Shown here one piece after another: positions 38,633 through 52,820 of a stretch of 64,000 nt of DNA. The translations under genes and the position numbers were made by a program. Positions within the stretch are counted from its first letter, which is position 1, and every line of letters begins with the position of its first letter. The notes beneath the pieces are model-generated. The model was given only the letters and a program-made list of their open reading frames with translations, had not been told where the DNA came from and did not search any database. The stretch is from NCBI GenBank assembly GCA_013265495.1, contig MU057651.1, positions 1,871,674 through 1,935,673 on the forward strand. Reading direction: 5' to 3'. The DNA comes from Vicugna vicugna. Lineage: Eukaryota.

Positions 38633-41348
38633 AATGACAGAACCTCAGGCTTTTGGCAAACCTCCAGGGTATCAGGCACTGCCTGATCAGCCGGAGAAAC
38701 TCCAGCAAGACATTCACCTGCCCAGGTTAATCCAAGAGCGAGCTCCCTTCCATTGTGGACACATCTCGTTGCTTCTGAGAAGCCTCTCCACAAGCGCCCG
38801 GAAGGAGTCATGCGTCCCTTCCCGCCACCCTCCCACCCATTTCCTGGTGGCCCCGCTGTGTCCTTTATCAAAGCTACCCGTCGACCACACCTATTTATAA
38901 ATCTATGATGACAGCGGAAACTTGAGTTCAGAAGGACAAAAAATGCTACTCTTTCTCCACCTTCCGTGTTCCTTGATGTAGGACTCAATGAATTTTTGCT
39001 TCATTTGGGAAGTGGGGGTAGAAATGCCCACAGACGCAGACAGGAAAGGGAAGGAGAAGCCTCGTGAGCCAGAGAGAACCATCCGGAGTTGCATCACGAC
39101 TCGGCACCACCAGCTGGCACGCGGGGAGGCGTGCGTCCAACGCCCGGCCGTGCCGCGCTTTCCCGGTTCATGTCCCTCATCACCTTTCTGGGCAGCGTTT
39201 TCACGGGAACAGCTTGAAAGCTCAGATGCCCTCTGGCTGTCATCCTGTCGCTGTGACAATCACGGTGCTCATCACCGACGCCTCGCAGATGAGTGGAGAT
39301 CGGATGTGGGCTGGAGGGGTGACAAGGCAGGCCGGCGCAAAGGCAGCGTTCGCAAGGGCGCCCCCCACCCGAGGACAGGCTGGGAAATGGGGAGCCGACA
39401 ATGTGTTCTGACACGTTGCACAGGGGGACGGGCCCTGGGAGCTGGAGGACGGATGCGAAGGCTGACCCCGCGGCCCTGGAAGTAGGGACTCAAGAGAGAA
39501 CCCTCGCGACCTGCTTCCACCAGAATCTAAGAAAAAATTAAATCGTGAAAAAGGCTTCAACGCCTGGCTGGTTTGGGGTTCTCAGGCAGACATAAAGCGA
39601 CTGTGACTGTGTTACCTAAGAACTTTCCGGAGCGCTCACTAAGTCGGTAAGAGTCATGAGACTCACCCCAGCCTTAGTGCCTTAGACCCTATGTGTATTT
39701 ATTATATTATCGCATGTACGTCGAAGAGCGAAAAGCATGATTCTAAAATTGTCGTAGAAATCTTACGGAAATTCAGGCGCAGATCAGAGTAAACCAACAC
39801 ACTCTTCCTCCTATTAGAATTTTAAAAAATTATGATTGTTTTCTTCGAGTAAGGCATCGCAAGAAATTGAGTCAAAATCCCATAGGCTGGTGATTAAGTT
39901 TATTCTGTCCAGTGATACGGAAAATAGCACGCAGGGAGGATGCTTGGCTCCAGGAGGGAATGCAAACAAAAAGTGCAAAAAATACAACCTGCTAAACGGT
40001 TTTAAAATGAGCTGAAGTTTTGGAATGTGAATACATCCAAATGCGTAGGATTGATTTCTTTTAATTGCATTTTAAGAAGCATCGGCTGCCTTTTCATTTT
40101 GCCGGTTGCCTCTTCTGCTGTGTGCAAGCTTTTCAGTTTAATGTGGTCTGTGGGAGATTGTCCTTAAAGGGCTGGAATAAATGATGTAAGTGTTGTACCT
40201 ACATCTGGGAGAAAGAAAAAAGAAAAGCTATGAGTCTTCAAGTTTAAGATCAGACTTTTTGGCCATCGACGTCTCGTGTCCACCCTCCCCCTAATTCCAC
40301 CCCCAAACCACCACTTTGCAGGTCCGGCGCACGCAGCATCCTGATCTAGACGCAGATCCTCCGAGGATGAATTTGGTACCCAACCCTGGGTATGAAGTGC
40401 TGCTACATGCATCTCCTCATCCAGCCTGCCCAAGTCAGTGACATGCGATTTTCCTTACCCAGACGTGAGAAGGAAACACTCAAAGGGCTTGCACGGCAAA
40501 CTCAAGTTCAGTGGGGCTGTGAGCCGAACGCCCCGGGTGTGACAGTGGTGGCGCTGCTCCTGGACAGAGGAGGGGAGGTCTCCGATCCGCGCAGGGATGA
40601 TGCAGGATCCGGACCAAGATTCTGCGGGCTTGGTGAGGAAGGATGCGGAAGGTGTCGCTTCGTGTCTGCAAGGACTGGAGCCGTATTGAAGCGGGATCTG
40701 TAATGAAGACGAAGGAAAGTGGAATGCTGGTCTAGACAGCGGTGCCTCTCTGTTCGGGACCTGGTGGAAATATTTGCACGGACGTGACAATAAGCACCTG
40801 AAAAAGGAGTGAGGTGAGACCCCAGGGAAGCTTCAGTTGCCTGGTTAGAGGCAAGAGACGAGGCTAAAGAGAAACACTTCTCCTCCAGGCCTTGATTCAA
40901 GAGAGCTGGTTGTTCACCCGAAACTGTCTGGGATAAAGCACCCGTCTCCCGACCCACCTTACCCGTCACACTGAGCGGTCCCTCGGCTCCAGGCCACTCC
41001 CATGGGGTTGAAATGGCGGCCCCTCTGAGCTCGCGTCCCATCGCACGAGGCCTCCAGAGCTGGGCCAGACCCCAGGCCAGGACTTAACGCTCCCGCCTTT
41101 CGCTGCAGGGCTCTCAGCTCACCCTTTGGGATGCGATGAAGTCGGAGGAGGGGAAGGCGGAGGTGGTGGTGGTGCTTCTCTGAAACCAAAGTTTCCAGGA
41201 GGACGAATTCTGATGCGATGTCCAGGGTACCAGACACTGGGTCTTAAAAGCACCAAGGCTGAGGACACAGAAGCGTGGTTTGGTTTTTCTAAAGATGGAG
41301 TAAGGGGATCTCATGCCATCTTTTTTTTTTTAATCTTGAATGCCATAC

Positions 41349-41441
41349 TTTTTTTTGTATATATAACATTTTTTATTGATTTATAATCATTTTACAATGT
41401 GTGTCAAATTCCAGTGGAAAGCACAATTTTTTGGTTATACT
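41349..41441 (-). mobile_element. Very short L1 3' terminus
   Basis: 'tttttattgatttataatcattttacaatgtgtgtcaaattccagt' matches the tail at ~62530-62580. Confidence 0.75.
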
Positions 41442-42069
41442 GATTGCTGCCGAAAGTGCCGATGGGAAAACAGAAATCAATGATCAGAGGGCGGTGTGTT
41501 TGATGTGGTTGTGGGGTGTGTGCATGTGTGTTTCCTCCCAAATCTCCCGGATTAGACCAAAAGCAGCCTGAACCCCTGGCTGTTTGATAGTCAAGAGCAG
41601 AGAAGCTCTCAGACAAACCCTCTCTGTTTCGAGGTCCCTTAAGGAATGGGACAGAGGTGGGGATTATCTGTTCCATTTGCTTATTTTGTTTTAATGTTTT
41701 TCCCAGCCTTGTTGAAGTCTCGATCCCCTGAACAGCGTTGCAAAGACACCTGAAATTCCACGAGAGAAACCCTGCTTCCTCCCCACGTTGACTGCGCAGA
41801 GCATCCTCTGATGTCTGCTGTGTAGGACGGTCTGTGCCACATGTTACTTCCTTCTCTCTTTCTGCTGCTATTACCCCAAAGCACTTTTAGGAAGTGCATG
41901 ATAACACAGGGGGCAGGGGGAGAAGCAAATCCACGGTTTCATGGTGGGTAGACTGGAGGGGGGCGCTGCTGAGCGCTGGAGAACAGAGGGAGTCTTGGAG
42001 CAGAGGGAGCCCCCGGAAGAGATTCTGCAGGCTTGTGCGTGGCGTTCCGGGCACGAGTGCACAGAATTG

Positions 42070-42915
42070 ACCTGAAACAGCTACGAAATAAATGTTAAGA
42101 GGGTGACATCATTATAGAATTCACAGCTATGAAAAGGACAATGATGGCTAGCATAAATAGCTCAATCCACAAAATCTGACAATTTAGAATAAATGGACCA
42201 AATGCTCATAACGGAAATATTATAAAATTCACTCATGCGGAAATAGGTAACAGAATATTACTGTATCTGTCAAAGGAATTGAAGGTGTAGCTGAACACCT
42301 CCCAAGAGACAGAACCCCAGGACAATCTGGTTGTGCTGGTAAATTCTACCAACCATAAATGGAAAAACAAAACCAAACACAGAAATTCTGCGCAATCTCT
42401 TTCAGAAAATAAAAGTAACTCCCAATTCGTTGTATGAGGCTAGCATTATCTTGAAGACAAAAATCATAGAAAACCCATGCGTGAAATGAAACCATAGACA
42501 AATATATTTTTATGAATTTAGACACAAAATTCCTCAACAATACGTTAACAGATCAAACAGTATGTGAAAAGAAGAGAGGCCATCACTCGCAACTGGAATT
42601 TATACTGGGAGCAGAAGGTTGCTCTGACATTTGAAAAAGTCGATGAGATGTTGCCTATGAAAAAAGTGCATGCTAGTTTCAATCACTGCAAATTTTTTTG
42701 GACAATGTTTAACATCTACGCATAATAAAACCCTTCGGAAAACTAAGAACAGAAGGGAGGTCCCTTACCTTGATGAAGGACACGCAACAGAGCAAAAACC
42801 AGCAAGCAAAGCCACGTAGCTAAAACCTTGATCCGTGGTGGAAGAGTTCATGTTCCCCCCTCACAGTGTGAACAAGGCGAAAATGGTCACCCTCACCTCT
42901 ATTTCTCAGCAGCGC
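42070..42915 (+). mobile_element. Old L1 ORF2 fragment
   Basis: 'acaatttagaataaatggaccaaatgctc', 'ggtaaattctaccaa', 'tatgaggctagcattatcttga', 'aaaattcctcaacaatacgttaac'. Confidence 0.8.
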
Positions 42916-42989
42916 AGAGTGAAAACTCATGTCCTACTGGTGCCTGGAAGTAAGTGGTAAGTCTCAGTTGCCCTATTTCGAGTGCAAGT

Positions 42990-43800
42990 CGTCAGATCCA
43001 ACAGGCTACGTAATGTATGATTTCCTTTACGTGCCATTTTGGAAAACGCACAACGGTAAAGACAGAAAGCAGGTGAAGTCTCCAGGTGCTAAAGGTGAGG
43101 GGGCTAAAGCCAGGGATGTGTTTGTGGCCATGGAACCATTCTGCATCCTAATTGTGATGGAGGTTACATAGCCACGAGCATGTGCAAGAGACACCTGCTC
43201 TCCCACGTTCACCGCAGCTTTATTCGCAATAACCGAGATACGGAAACATTCCGTGTCCGTCCAGAGACTAATACAGGAAGGGGACGTGGCATATGCATTC
43301 CTGGAATATTACTCAGCCTTTAAAAGGGAGAAAGTCTTGCCATTTGTGACCACATGGATAAACCCAGAGGACATCACGCTAAGTAAAATGAGCCAGTCGC
43401 AGAAGAACAAACATGCATGACTCCACTTATATATAAGGTTTGCAAAATAGTAAAACGCAGAGAAGCAAGATACAGAGATGGTTGCCAGGGGTCGGGGAGA
43501 GGGGAAAGGTGGGGAGTTGTTCAATGGGTCCAAATTTGCAGTTAGATGAATGCATTCTGGGGGTCTTCTTTGCAATATGGTGTCTGAAGTTAACAATGTG
43601 GTGTTGGTCAATTGCCTCATGTTTTTTGTTCTTACCATAAAATAAACACACAAATCAAAAAGCCAACGGGGACACAAGGAAGCTTCGGGGAGTGTTGGAA
43701 TGTCTATTATTTTGACTGTGATGCTGTAATATTTTGCATATTTCCAGACTCATCAAATTATGTGTTGTTTCTTGACTACCAATGACACCTCAATGAAGAA
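42990..43800 (+). mobile_element. Old L1 3' ends (L1MC/MD-like tail plus an L1MA/MB-like 3' end at ~43180-43790)
   Basis: 'gaatattactcagcctttaaaagggagaaagtcttgccatttgtgaccacatggataaacc...gatggttgccagggg'. Confidence 0.8.
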
Positions 43801-45029
43801 CATAGAGTTGTGAACCCTAAAAAGTGAAACTTACTGAATCCAAAATAAAAGTAGGAAGTAGTCTGAATGCCGTAAATGTGAATGCAACGGGGGTCCCCTT
43901 GACATCTGGAGGATTTATATGGGTTCTAACCCAGCTTTCTCCCTCTATGCACCAATGACATCAGCTACAAAGACTGTAGGCTTCTGACTTAGAGGAGGAA
44001 TAAAGAGGTCTGAAGATTTGGGAATATATTAAAGTTGTAGATGCTGAGAGGCATTAAAGCGACCACAAGTGATCTGTGACTTTGGGACTGAGACATTAGG
44101 AAACACGGACAAGGCTGGAGGCTGTCCATTTGCCTTTATATGACACTCCATGTGTCCACGCAGACCCACCCGCACGTTTGACACCTACCCCCGGCCCTGG
44201 GATGCCCGCCCCAGCTTGTATTTGCAAAGAGTTGACCTGAAGCCCGGATGGGGAAGATGCAGCATTTCCAGACACTTCTTTTCACTGTATCTCTGGGCTT
44301 CCCCTAAACGATGTGTGAATATGAACTGACTCTTAGCCAGACCTGTGAAGGTGAATAGTGAAGGAAGTCAGTGTTACTTGATCTAACAGAAATTAAACTG
44401 CATCTTTTGCTGAATCAAAGGTAATTAATTGTACTGATAGTCATTTTCTGGCTAGTCGTCACATATTCCTCCCAATTTCATGAGGGCCCTGTATAATTAT
44501 ATTTTAAAATGATTTACTCATTTGGTCTACCCAAACCGCAACAATTAATTTTAAAGTGGATGAAATATGCTCTAGGCATGAGCTTATGAACTGTATTTCC
44601 ACACATACACCATCATTTCAATGAACAGAGTCTAGTGCAGTTAATTAAATGGAACCAAACATGCAGTCTGTGATCTTTCTGTCACCCAAATTTAGTAGCT
44701 GGGGCCATCAGGGCGAAATTTCCACACTCCTGGGCATTAGATATGTGAATCAAACCAGTTTCACATGCATGTGAGTCATTTTTGTCACTTTTGTCATAAT
44801 TACGAAATTCAAATGTCGCTGTAACGGATATTTAAACCATGACACTCATTTGAATATCATGAGTGGTGAATAAATCCAGCAGATGAAGAGTATTTATCAA
44901 AAACGTAACAGAATTTAAAAACCACGGGGAATGAAATCGGGGAGAGTGTTGGGATAACATGAGTTAAGTAATAACAGGTTAATTTTTAATGATTATCCAC
45001 AGTCGGCACTGCCTCAGGTCTACCAGTTA

Positions 45030-45165
45030 GCTGCCTTGTCCTGGCCGAGGCACTCAGTTTCTCTAAGCTTCGGTTTTACTAATGTGATTATACAATTGTT
45101 CCTAACTGACAGGACTATTGTGGACATCAGCCATAAATGCCGGTACCTGGGTATCAATATTGTGA
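45030..45165 (+). mobile_element. MIR remnant
   Basis: 'cactcagtttctctaagcttcggtttt...cctaactgacaggactattgtgga'. Confidence 0.45.
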
Positions 45166-45582
45166 TTATTAATATTATTAACATTCCTAGGCTATTGGTT
45201 CCTTGGTTAGGAAGAAAGATGAAATTGGTGCCAACAAGCGGAGGGGACAAGACATCGTGATCAGCGTCTGGACGTCGTCAGCAGACAAGCGTCATTTCTG
45301 GAAACCGAGGCCGAAGCGGGGCTTTGCGTCTAGCCAGAAATCCTCCCGAACAGGCTCAAAAGGAAAATAGTTTGTGCAAGACGTCGTCTTGGCAAAGGAA
45401 TCACAGGTAGGCATTAGCAAGACATCAACAGTAAAAATAGCCCAAAATTAGGTGTCAGGATAAATGCTGGCGTCTAATTGTTCAAAGTGCCAAAAAAAAA
45501 AAAAAAAAGATACTGAGAAGTCTGGAAGTAAATCCACAGACATATGGTTCCATCTGAACAAACAATATTGCAAGTGGCTGCA

Positions 45583-46010
45583 GTGTTCAGGCTTCAGTCA
45601 GGAGGCAGAAACCCAGCAGTAGTTTAAATAGGCGAATTTTATTGCAATGAATTATCAACCGGTCATATCTCTCTTTGGCACTGGGTACAAACCAATGACA
45701 ATGCTCTCCAGCCAGGGAGGGAGGGTGTAAAAGAGAACTCAAAAAAAAAACAAAACAAAAAAACCCCCAAAACCCAAGGCTAACAGAAAGTCCCGGAGGA
45801 AGGAGCAGGTGTGGATGGAGGCTGCATTTCAGACCTTATCGGCAAGGGGGTGGCTGTGGTCCAGAAGTAGTGGAGATGGCTGATTTGTGCTTGGCTGGAC
45901 CTGTCTGTAGGCTGTGGGGTGAGACCGTGGAGCAGAAGAGCTTAAACTGGGATGGTGAGAGCAAAACCTTCCATTGGGAGTAACTGCAGGCCCCTAGTCA
46001 TGGAGAACAT
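45583..46010 (-). mobile_element. Old ERVL-class LTR remnant (LTR33-like terminus)
   Basis: 'tgttcaggcttcagtcaggaggcagaaacccagcagtagtttaaataggcgaattttat' resembles the antisense 3' end of ERVL LTRs; right boundary uncertain. Confidence 0.45.
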
Positions 46011-47989
46011 GGAACCAGAGACTGGGAGCCGAGGAGGCTGGAAGCTTCTTGCTGGAATGGCAGGAAATACGCTGAAGGGAGGCACAACTGGGTATCCCCC
46101 ACACACCGTGTATCCGCGCTGTGCCCGTTAACCACGGAGATATCACAGCAGGGTCCTGCTCCAGCAAAGCAAAGCACGGTAATGGAGGGCGGGCTGGGGG
46201 TTCAGCACCACAAAAACGGACAGCTGCCCAGTGGAAATATGTAACTTTATTACAATTCACGTTGTGCTGTGTGCATAAGCTTGTTGAATCAGCTTCGTAA
46301 CAAACAGTCCTGTGATTTGGAAACCACAGTGACTCTCTAAACAAAGGACCATGAGTCAGGCAGATTTAGTTTTCTTGGTTTATGCAGAAGGCAACACACA
46401 CACCATGAGAAATGTGTGCATCCCCCAAATGCGGGCTCTTCTAAGGTTTTGAGGCTGAGGGTTAGTCTCAAGATGGTCTCACTAGTTATGGTCAGAATTT
46501 GTAAATCAGGAAAATCACTAAGACAGTCAGTGGACTTATGTTTAGAACACAAATCCATGCGGAGCTATCCTCAGATCTCCTTGACTTTGGTCTTACCTAA
46601 AGCACACGGCTGTAAATGAGTTTTTGCTCCGAGGGTTTCAACTTAATCTCCGTTCATGGTTGGCTCGGTTCATTTGTTTGGAAAATCGCAGTGCAGATCT
46701 GCAAGCTGTGTCTTCGCTTTCGACTTGCAGTTTGTCCCACGACCCTGGGGCAGAGCTGCTGGTAGCAAAGTTGCTAATTTTTTTTACAATCTTAGGATGT
46801 CAGAGCTGGGAGTGGCTTGGAGACAGCTTAGTTTAAACCTGAAAGTTGATGATCGTTGCCTCTTGTGATCCACCACACACTCTTTTGCTGCTGAATTAAC
46901 AGAAAAAGGAATAAATGACCCCATGGGGTCAACATTCCATCTTGTGAATCAAGTGAATGTGAGGATTTACATTTAGAGGTGACCTTGTCTATACATGTGC
47001 AAAGTTTCCCTGTTCCCTTTACCAGCATATTTTTTCCCTTTCTCTCTCTCTTGTTTTTAAAATGCCTTAAAAGTCATCCTTGGAGTAGCTTTCCTTTTCC
47101 CTGACAACAAGAGTTTACATTTAAACATCTTGATTTAAAGTGACAGATTTTGATTTAATTTCATTATCACACCTTCCAGTCCAGAACTTTAATTTAATCG
47201 TCTATTGTAATTTTCTGTTTAATATCAATAAAATGTCTTCCCCACTGATTTTAGGGTAAGATCAGATTAATTCTGCGGGTCTCCCCAGATTTATAGCTGG
47301 ATGGGAAAGTGAGGACCGAAATGAATTTATTTAAATTTACACCGATTGAAACCCAATATCCTGCAAGTCTTTACTAAACACAGCTTGTCTGGCTGGGAAA
47401 TATGTACAGTGCATATTGGAGTTTTTATGAAACTTTAATTCCCTTTTAGTGCCTTTTATGTCAGAGAAATATATCGGAGTAGAGGAAATTTATCATCCAC
47501 TTTTGAACATTTAATGGCGAAAAGACATAACGGTAGGTCTAATTCATGCAGGGTGCATTCTGCAACACGACCAGCTCTGTCGCTTGAGCCGGCGTGTCAG
47601 GAATGATCGAGCATCGCATTAACACAGAAAGTTGCTCAGTGAGTCCTCGGCGGGTTGCAAAACCCCCAGTTCTGTTGCTAGGGTAAGAGAGGGGATGAAC
47701 ACGCCCAGCGTCCAAGTGAACGTGATCAAGGCGAAATGGGAAAATCCACATGGCGACAGCGTGGAGACATCGGAGAGGCTGCGGTGCAAGTGACCTTTCC
47801 ACCTGTGGACGCGTCTTGCCTATTTGGAAAACGGAGACTGGGGAGCATCTATGTCATTTCAGAGCAAGGTGTTTACTGTGCATCTAGAGCAGTGTGTTTG
47901 GGACTGGGGTTTACAAGGATGATGCGTGAGACGTCGTCCAGGACTGAAAATAGGTCACCGGATATTGGAAGGAAGAAACCCACAAAGAG

Positions 47990-48540
47990 ATGATTTCACT
48001 TCACTGTATCGCGAGGAACGGCGGTGGACGTGGAGCGTGGCACTCAGACCGCATGAGCCAGCTTGTACAGGTTGAGAACAGGCGGTCCCTGTCTTGGAGG
48101 ACGAGGGGCAGTTACTCCATGAAGCATGGACATGACCTTACTGTTCACAAAAGCGGTGACTTCAGCTGGACGCTCTCACCACGTGACACGTTAGTGGGCA
48201 GTCAAGCCAGAGAGGACAAGAGATTCAAAGAGGATGCGGAAGCCAGATTTGGGAGCAGGTGGAAACAGGTGTTTGGGGCTCCGGAGCTTTGGCCCTCGGG
48301 GCTGGCTGGCTGGTGTCTGCGATCATGTTGCAGAGAAGTGGTTTTGATGGGAAAAACAGAAGAAGACAGGAAGTTAATAGGTGGTCTAGACAAAGCATCA
48401 AGGTGACCTGAAATGGGGCTGTTATGGTTCAAAAGGACGGGAGATGCGTTTAAGGACAGAGCTTCGATTTGTTGTGCGGAAAGAGGAGGAAATGAAGCAG
48501 GAAACATTGATGAAGTGGCCCAGAGCTTGGTTTAGTATAA
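47990..48540 (-). mobile_element. L2 remnant (purine-rich antisense)
   Basis: 'ggaagccagatttggg', 'gaagtggttttgatgggaaaaacagaagaagacagg' resemble antisense L2. Confidence 0.4.
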
Positions 48541-51502
48541 TTAAGTGGAGGACTGAATCAGGACAGAAAAGACGGTCAGATATTGCCCCCTGTCAACTTC
48601 CACGTCTTAGAACTTGGCCGCACACTCCATTTGCCCCTGTGGAGTTGACCCCCCGCCTTAGAACTGCCTGTGGGAAAGGCGGGGTTCGGCGATGCGGCTG
48701 ACTGTGATGTGAAATCCATGTGCATTCACTGGACCCGTCTTTCTTTGTTTTCATCACTGTATGTTCAAGAATAAATGCTACAGGATAAGAGGGGAAAAAG
48801 TCGTCATTATCGATGCTTAGTCATGAAAAGAAATAAAGATAGGACCAAAATGGTTCTTTTTCCTATTTCAATACACGTCTCGGATCAATAAACCAAATGC
48901 TGGCTTGTTTCAATAATATACTCGTGTGCCTCGTGTGATAAGACTGCTTCAAATGACACATCACTTTTGCACTAATTAGCCATTTTCATCCTCAAAGAAA
49001 TAATGCTGTGGATAAAGCAGACAGTCAGCCACATTGGGCCAAGCAGGATGCCTGGGGTCCCCGTTCCCTGCAACTGAGGTCTCTGGAACTTCTTTCTTCA
49101 CGAGCCACGGTGTTGGCATCTGAGGAAGCAGGACTCAGCACTGAAGCAGAAATTACCCCTTTCCCTCTGTCCTCATGAAACACCAGGGTTATCAATCTTC
49201 ATGTGATACGTTTGGCTTTTTCGGTTCTGCATGATTTGCTGTTTATAGCCCTCAATTCCAGAGGCGACACATCGTGATTAATTTAGCCGTGCCTCCCATG
49301 GTCGTGGGAGAGCCTTGGCGAGGGACTCCTTGGTCTCCAGGTGGGGGGACAGGTACTTTTATTTTATTGAGTGTGTTTTAAGGGCTATTGAACGTTAAGT
49401 ACTGCTCTGAAGATTATGAATAATAAGTAGGTTGCTTGTTTTGGGGGGAAAAGTCTATAATTCTATACAACTGGCTGAGTTAATGCCCTAGAAACCCATT
49501 AAGCAAGAATTCTAGTTGCACCAAAAATGTTGTTATTTCAACGAGCAATTCATGTAATAGTGATGGTTTTGCGATGCCCCGCTCTTTCTGCCCTCCAAAC
49601 GTCCGGCCCCGTGGTACAGACATTCTTGCAGTCGGTCTGAAATTTAAGCTCTCCTCTGTGGCCACCACATGTTGATAATTGATGAACTCATGAGACTGGA
49701 TGGAAGGCAACAGGGTGACCGAACTGAATAACATTAAATAACTCCTTGATCTTCTCAAAAGCGCAGATTCCTTGGTCCTGGGAAATTCACTTTCAAGGGT
49801 TATCTTCTACGGCTCATTTATCAAGGCTTTCGTGCCTTGTTCTTCTTGGAATGACTCATGCCATTTCCAGCTCTGCCGTCAGTAGAAGTTCTGAGATCGT
49901 CTGTGCCAGGCGCCGTGTGAGGCATCAGAAATTCAGGGAGGACAATGTTCAGTTTCCCTTCTCCAACAGCACATGTCATCGGACAGATAAATGCACATGA
50001 AAGACTAACCACATATGACGTTTGATGTCCTGGAGGTGTGAGTGACTTACAACTGGAGCTCGGAGAGGATGCAATGTTGGGGAAGGTCTTCCCAGGGGAC
50101 CACTGCTGAGTGGCCCTGTGATTCAGCTAAGGTTGTGTGCAGAATTGTTACTGTGTTGACTCCACCATTCTTCATGCGCCGTAGCCAACATCAATAATGG
50201 CTCTCTTGACGTCTATAAAATCTACTTAACGCATCTACCTAGAAATTGTTGATGGCAAATGATGATTGACTGAGCTTCAAACATTGGGCTTCAAGCCAGT
50301 AATGGGGGATATGAATGGGTTCAGTCAAAGAAAGATTAATTTCATATTTCTTTCTGTGAAGAAGCTTTTATGTTTCTTCATGCCAGGATAATTTTCTTAT
50401 ATATCCAATAATAAGGCAAAGCAATGGGGAAATTGATTTAGATGGGTTTTCTCCTGATTTTGAACAAAAAAGTAAATAAGCCTTTTCAATTTATTCAACT
50501 GTAACGTAATTCAATAGTTCTGGTGGGATTCAATTATATAATGGCTTAATTGAAAGTAAATGAAACAAACGTATGTCTAAGTTCTGTCACACTACATGAG
50601 ATTTTAAATTACTCCAGGAACAGATATTTCAATTCTGATAGGATGACTTTAAACAGAGTGATATTTGATTTTTCAGGACCATCGATAAGAATTTCACAAA
50701 CATTTAAGATCCATCTTCTGTTGACCACACACAAAATCAAATCAGACTCCACTTTATGCCCAGAGGGTCAAAGCAAAGGAAAAAGAAGTTGAAAAGCCAA
50801 TTTGAGCTTGGTTAAGTATTTTGTAAAATGCTTTCCATGGTGGTAGCAAAAATAGATTATCTTCCACCTCTTACTCCTAGGAAGCAGGAGGAAGGAGGCC
50901 AGCTGCCTGTGCTACGCAGTCTAAACTTATTGCTTATCTATTTTATGTATAGTAGTTAGTATCTGCAAATCTCAAGCTTTTCTTTAAGACAAAAGCTAGT
51001 TCAGAATAAAAAGTTTAAAAATGACCATTTTATGGACTTTTAAATAATCGAGAGCATACTGTATCGATAATGTTGTGTCTTGCTTTTTTCAAACCACTTT
51101 CTCATTAGCATTTACCCACGTCATGTTTAATGGTCATACCAATTAAAAAATATGTCATCGGGTACTTAACCGTTATCCCAGCATCAAGCTATTGGCTTGA
51201 TTGCATTTGTTTTATGAACAGTTTTGCAGTAGTCATAATTGTGGATAATTCTTTGTCTTAATCTTGGATTCCACCCTTATGTTACAGAATCAGAGGTGGG
51301 AATGCTGGGTCAAATGTGATGAACATTTAAAAGAACACGATCATGTATGCACACCAGACCTGAAATGCAGTCAGCGGTCAGAGAGGAGAGAGACAGAAGG
51401 ATACTGGATTGAATGGAACCAGGACTTTATAAAACTAGATTTTTTGCATATTTTAGCTCCTGTATACGTAATGGTGACACACCTGAGACAACGGTTAGGT
51501 AT

Positions 51503-52009
51503 CTGCTGGTCCAAACTCGTTCTGCTCACTGCACAACAGGCCAATAAATTGGGAGACGAGGTGTTGGGATGAGGGATAATGACTTTATTCAGAAAGCCAG
51601 CAGATCGAGATGATGGGGGACTAATGTCCTGGAGAACCATCTTCCCCAAGTCAGAATTCAGGCTCCTTTTATACTAAAAGGGGGATGGGGTATGGTTGGT
51701 TGTTGCAAACTTCTTGCTGCAGGAATCCTTTGTTCTTGCAGCTGTCCCCGTGGATCGGGGTCATGATATTCCTGCAAACCTCACACAAGATACATGTTAT
51801 TCTCTATTCTGCAACTTGTTACCTCTCTATGAATTGGAAAGTGTTACACTCTTAAAGGCCAGAGCCTTGAGAATGGGCTCTCCTGTCTGTTTCAGGCTCA
51901 GGGCGACATTCTGTTACAAAAGGTGCAGAACCAGCATGACTCAGCACAGGAAACAGAGCCCAGAAGGCGCAGACCTGACTTGCAGTCAGGGTAGTTCTTC
52001 CCTGTTACA
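51503..52009 (-). mobile_element. ERV1-class solo LTR, family A
   Basis: Reverse complement of 56102-56617 along its length; right end 'ttcttccctgttaca'. Confidence 0.9.
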
Positions 52010-52820
52010 AGACCGCTCTGGGACATCAGAGGCTGCGGGCATCAGACTGACTCAGGCTGGTCCCTCACTGGTTTGCAGCAGTCCCTGCAGCCGCACCTCT
52101 GGTACCGGTGACAGCAGTCATTGCCAGCAGTGAAGCACCAGGGATGCAACTTGCCTTCCTGCTCTGGGGCCAAGTTTGTGGGAGTTCATCTTCCTCCTTG
52201 CAAGACCCAGAAACCCAGGGTGAGAGAAGCAGCACTGAAAGCAGAAGAGGAAATGCTGGAGAAGGGGGAGGAATCCATGGGAAGTAAGTTTTGAATTGGA
52301 TGGTGATTATAATAATGATACTTGAATTTGAACAAGGAATTACAGAATCAGACAGAGTGCTGGATTAGACCCAGTTAAGTTTTCCACTATGAGTGAAATG
52401 GGTGCTCAAGAGCCAGCATGATCTTGGTTGCACAAAAAATTTTGTTAATTCCTTGATTTTTGGCTTGTAGCACCCTTGAAACTCCATAATCCTTAGTTAC
52501 ATTAATATTCACACATACTTGATGGAGTTGGCAGATAAATTAATACTGTTCTTCGATTTGAAATGAAGAATTTGAGCCTTGGATGGACTCAGGTTTGGTT
52601 CTGAAATCACAGTCCCCTCATTCCAAGCTCTGTGTCCATTAGGCGTCCCAAATATTCATGGGGTACATAGGGTTAGTCATTCCAGAGGGAATGCTTAGCA
52701 CACTTCCCTAAAACTTTCTGTAATGAATTGCTATCCTGTTGCACTTACAATGAACTTTATAAGCTAAATTCTGTCTGTGTGACGTCCAACGCAGATACCT
52801 CGCCCTCCAAAAGAACACAG

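Noticed and set aside
38988..39485. 165-aa ORF and other long overlapping ORFs in GC-rich patches (also 36582, 40508, 58925)
   Set aside because: Stop-codon depletion in GC-rich DNA, ORFs on both strands, no domains
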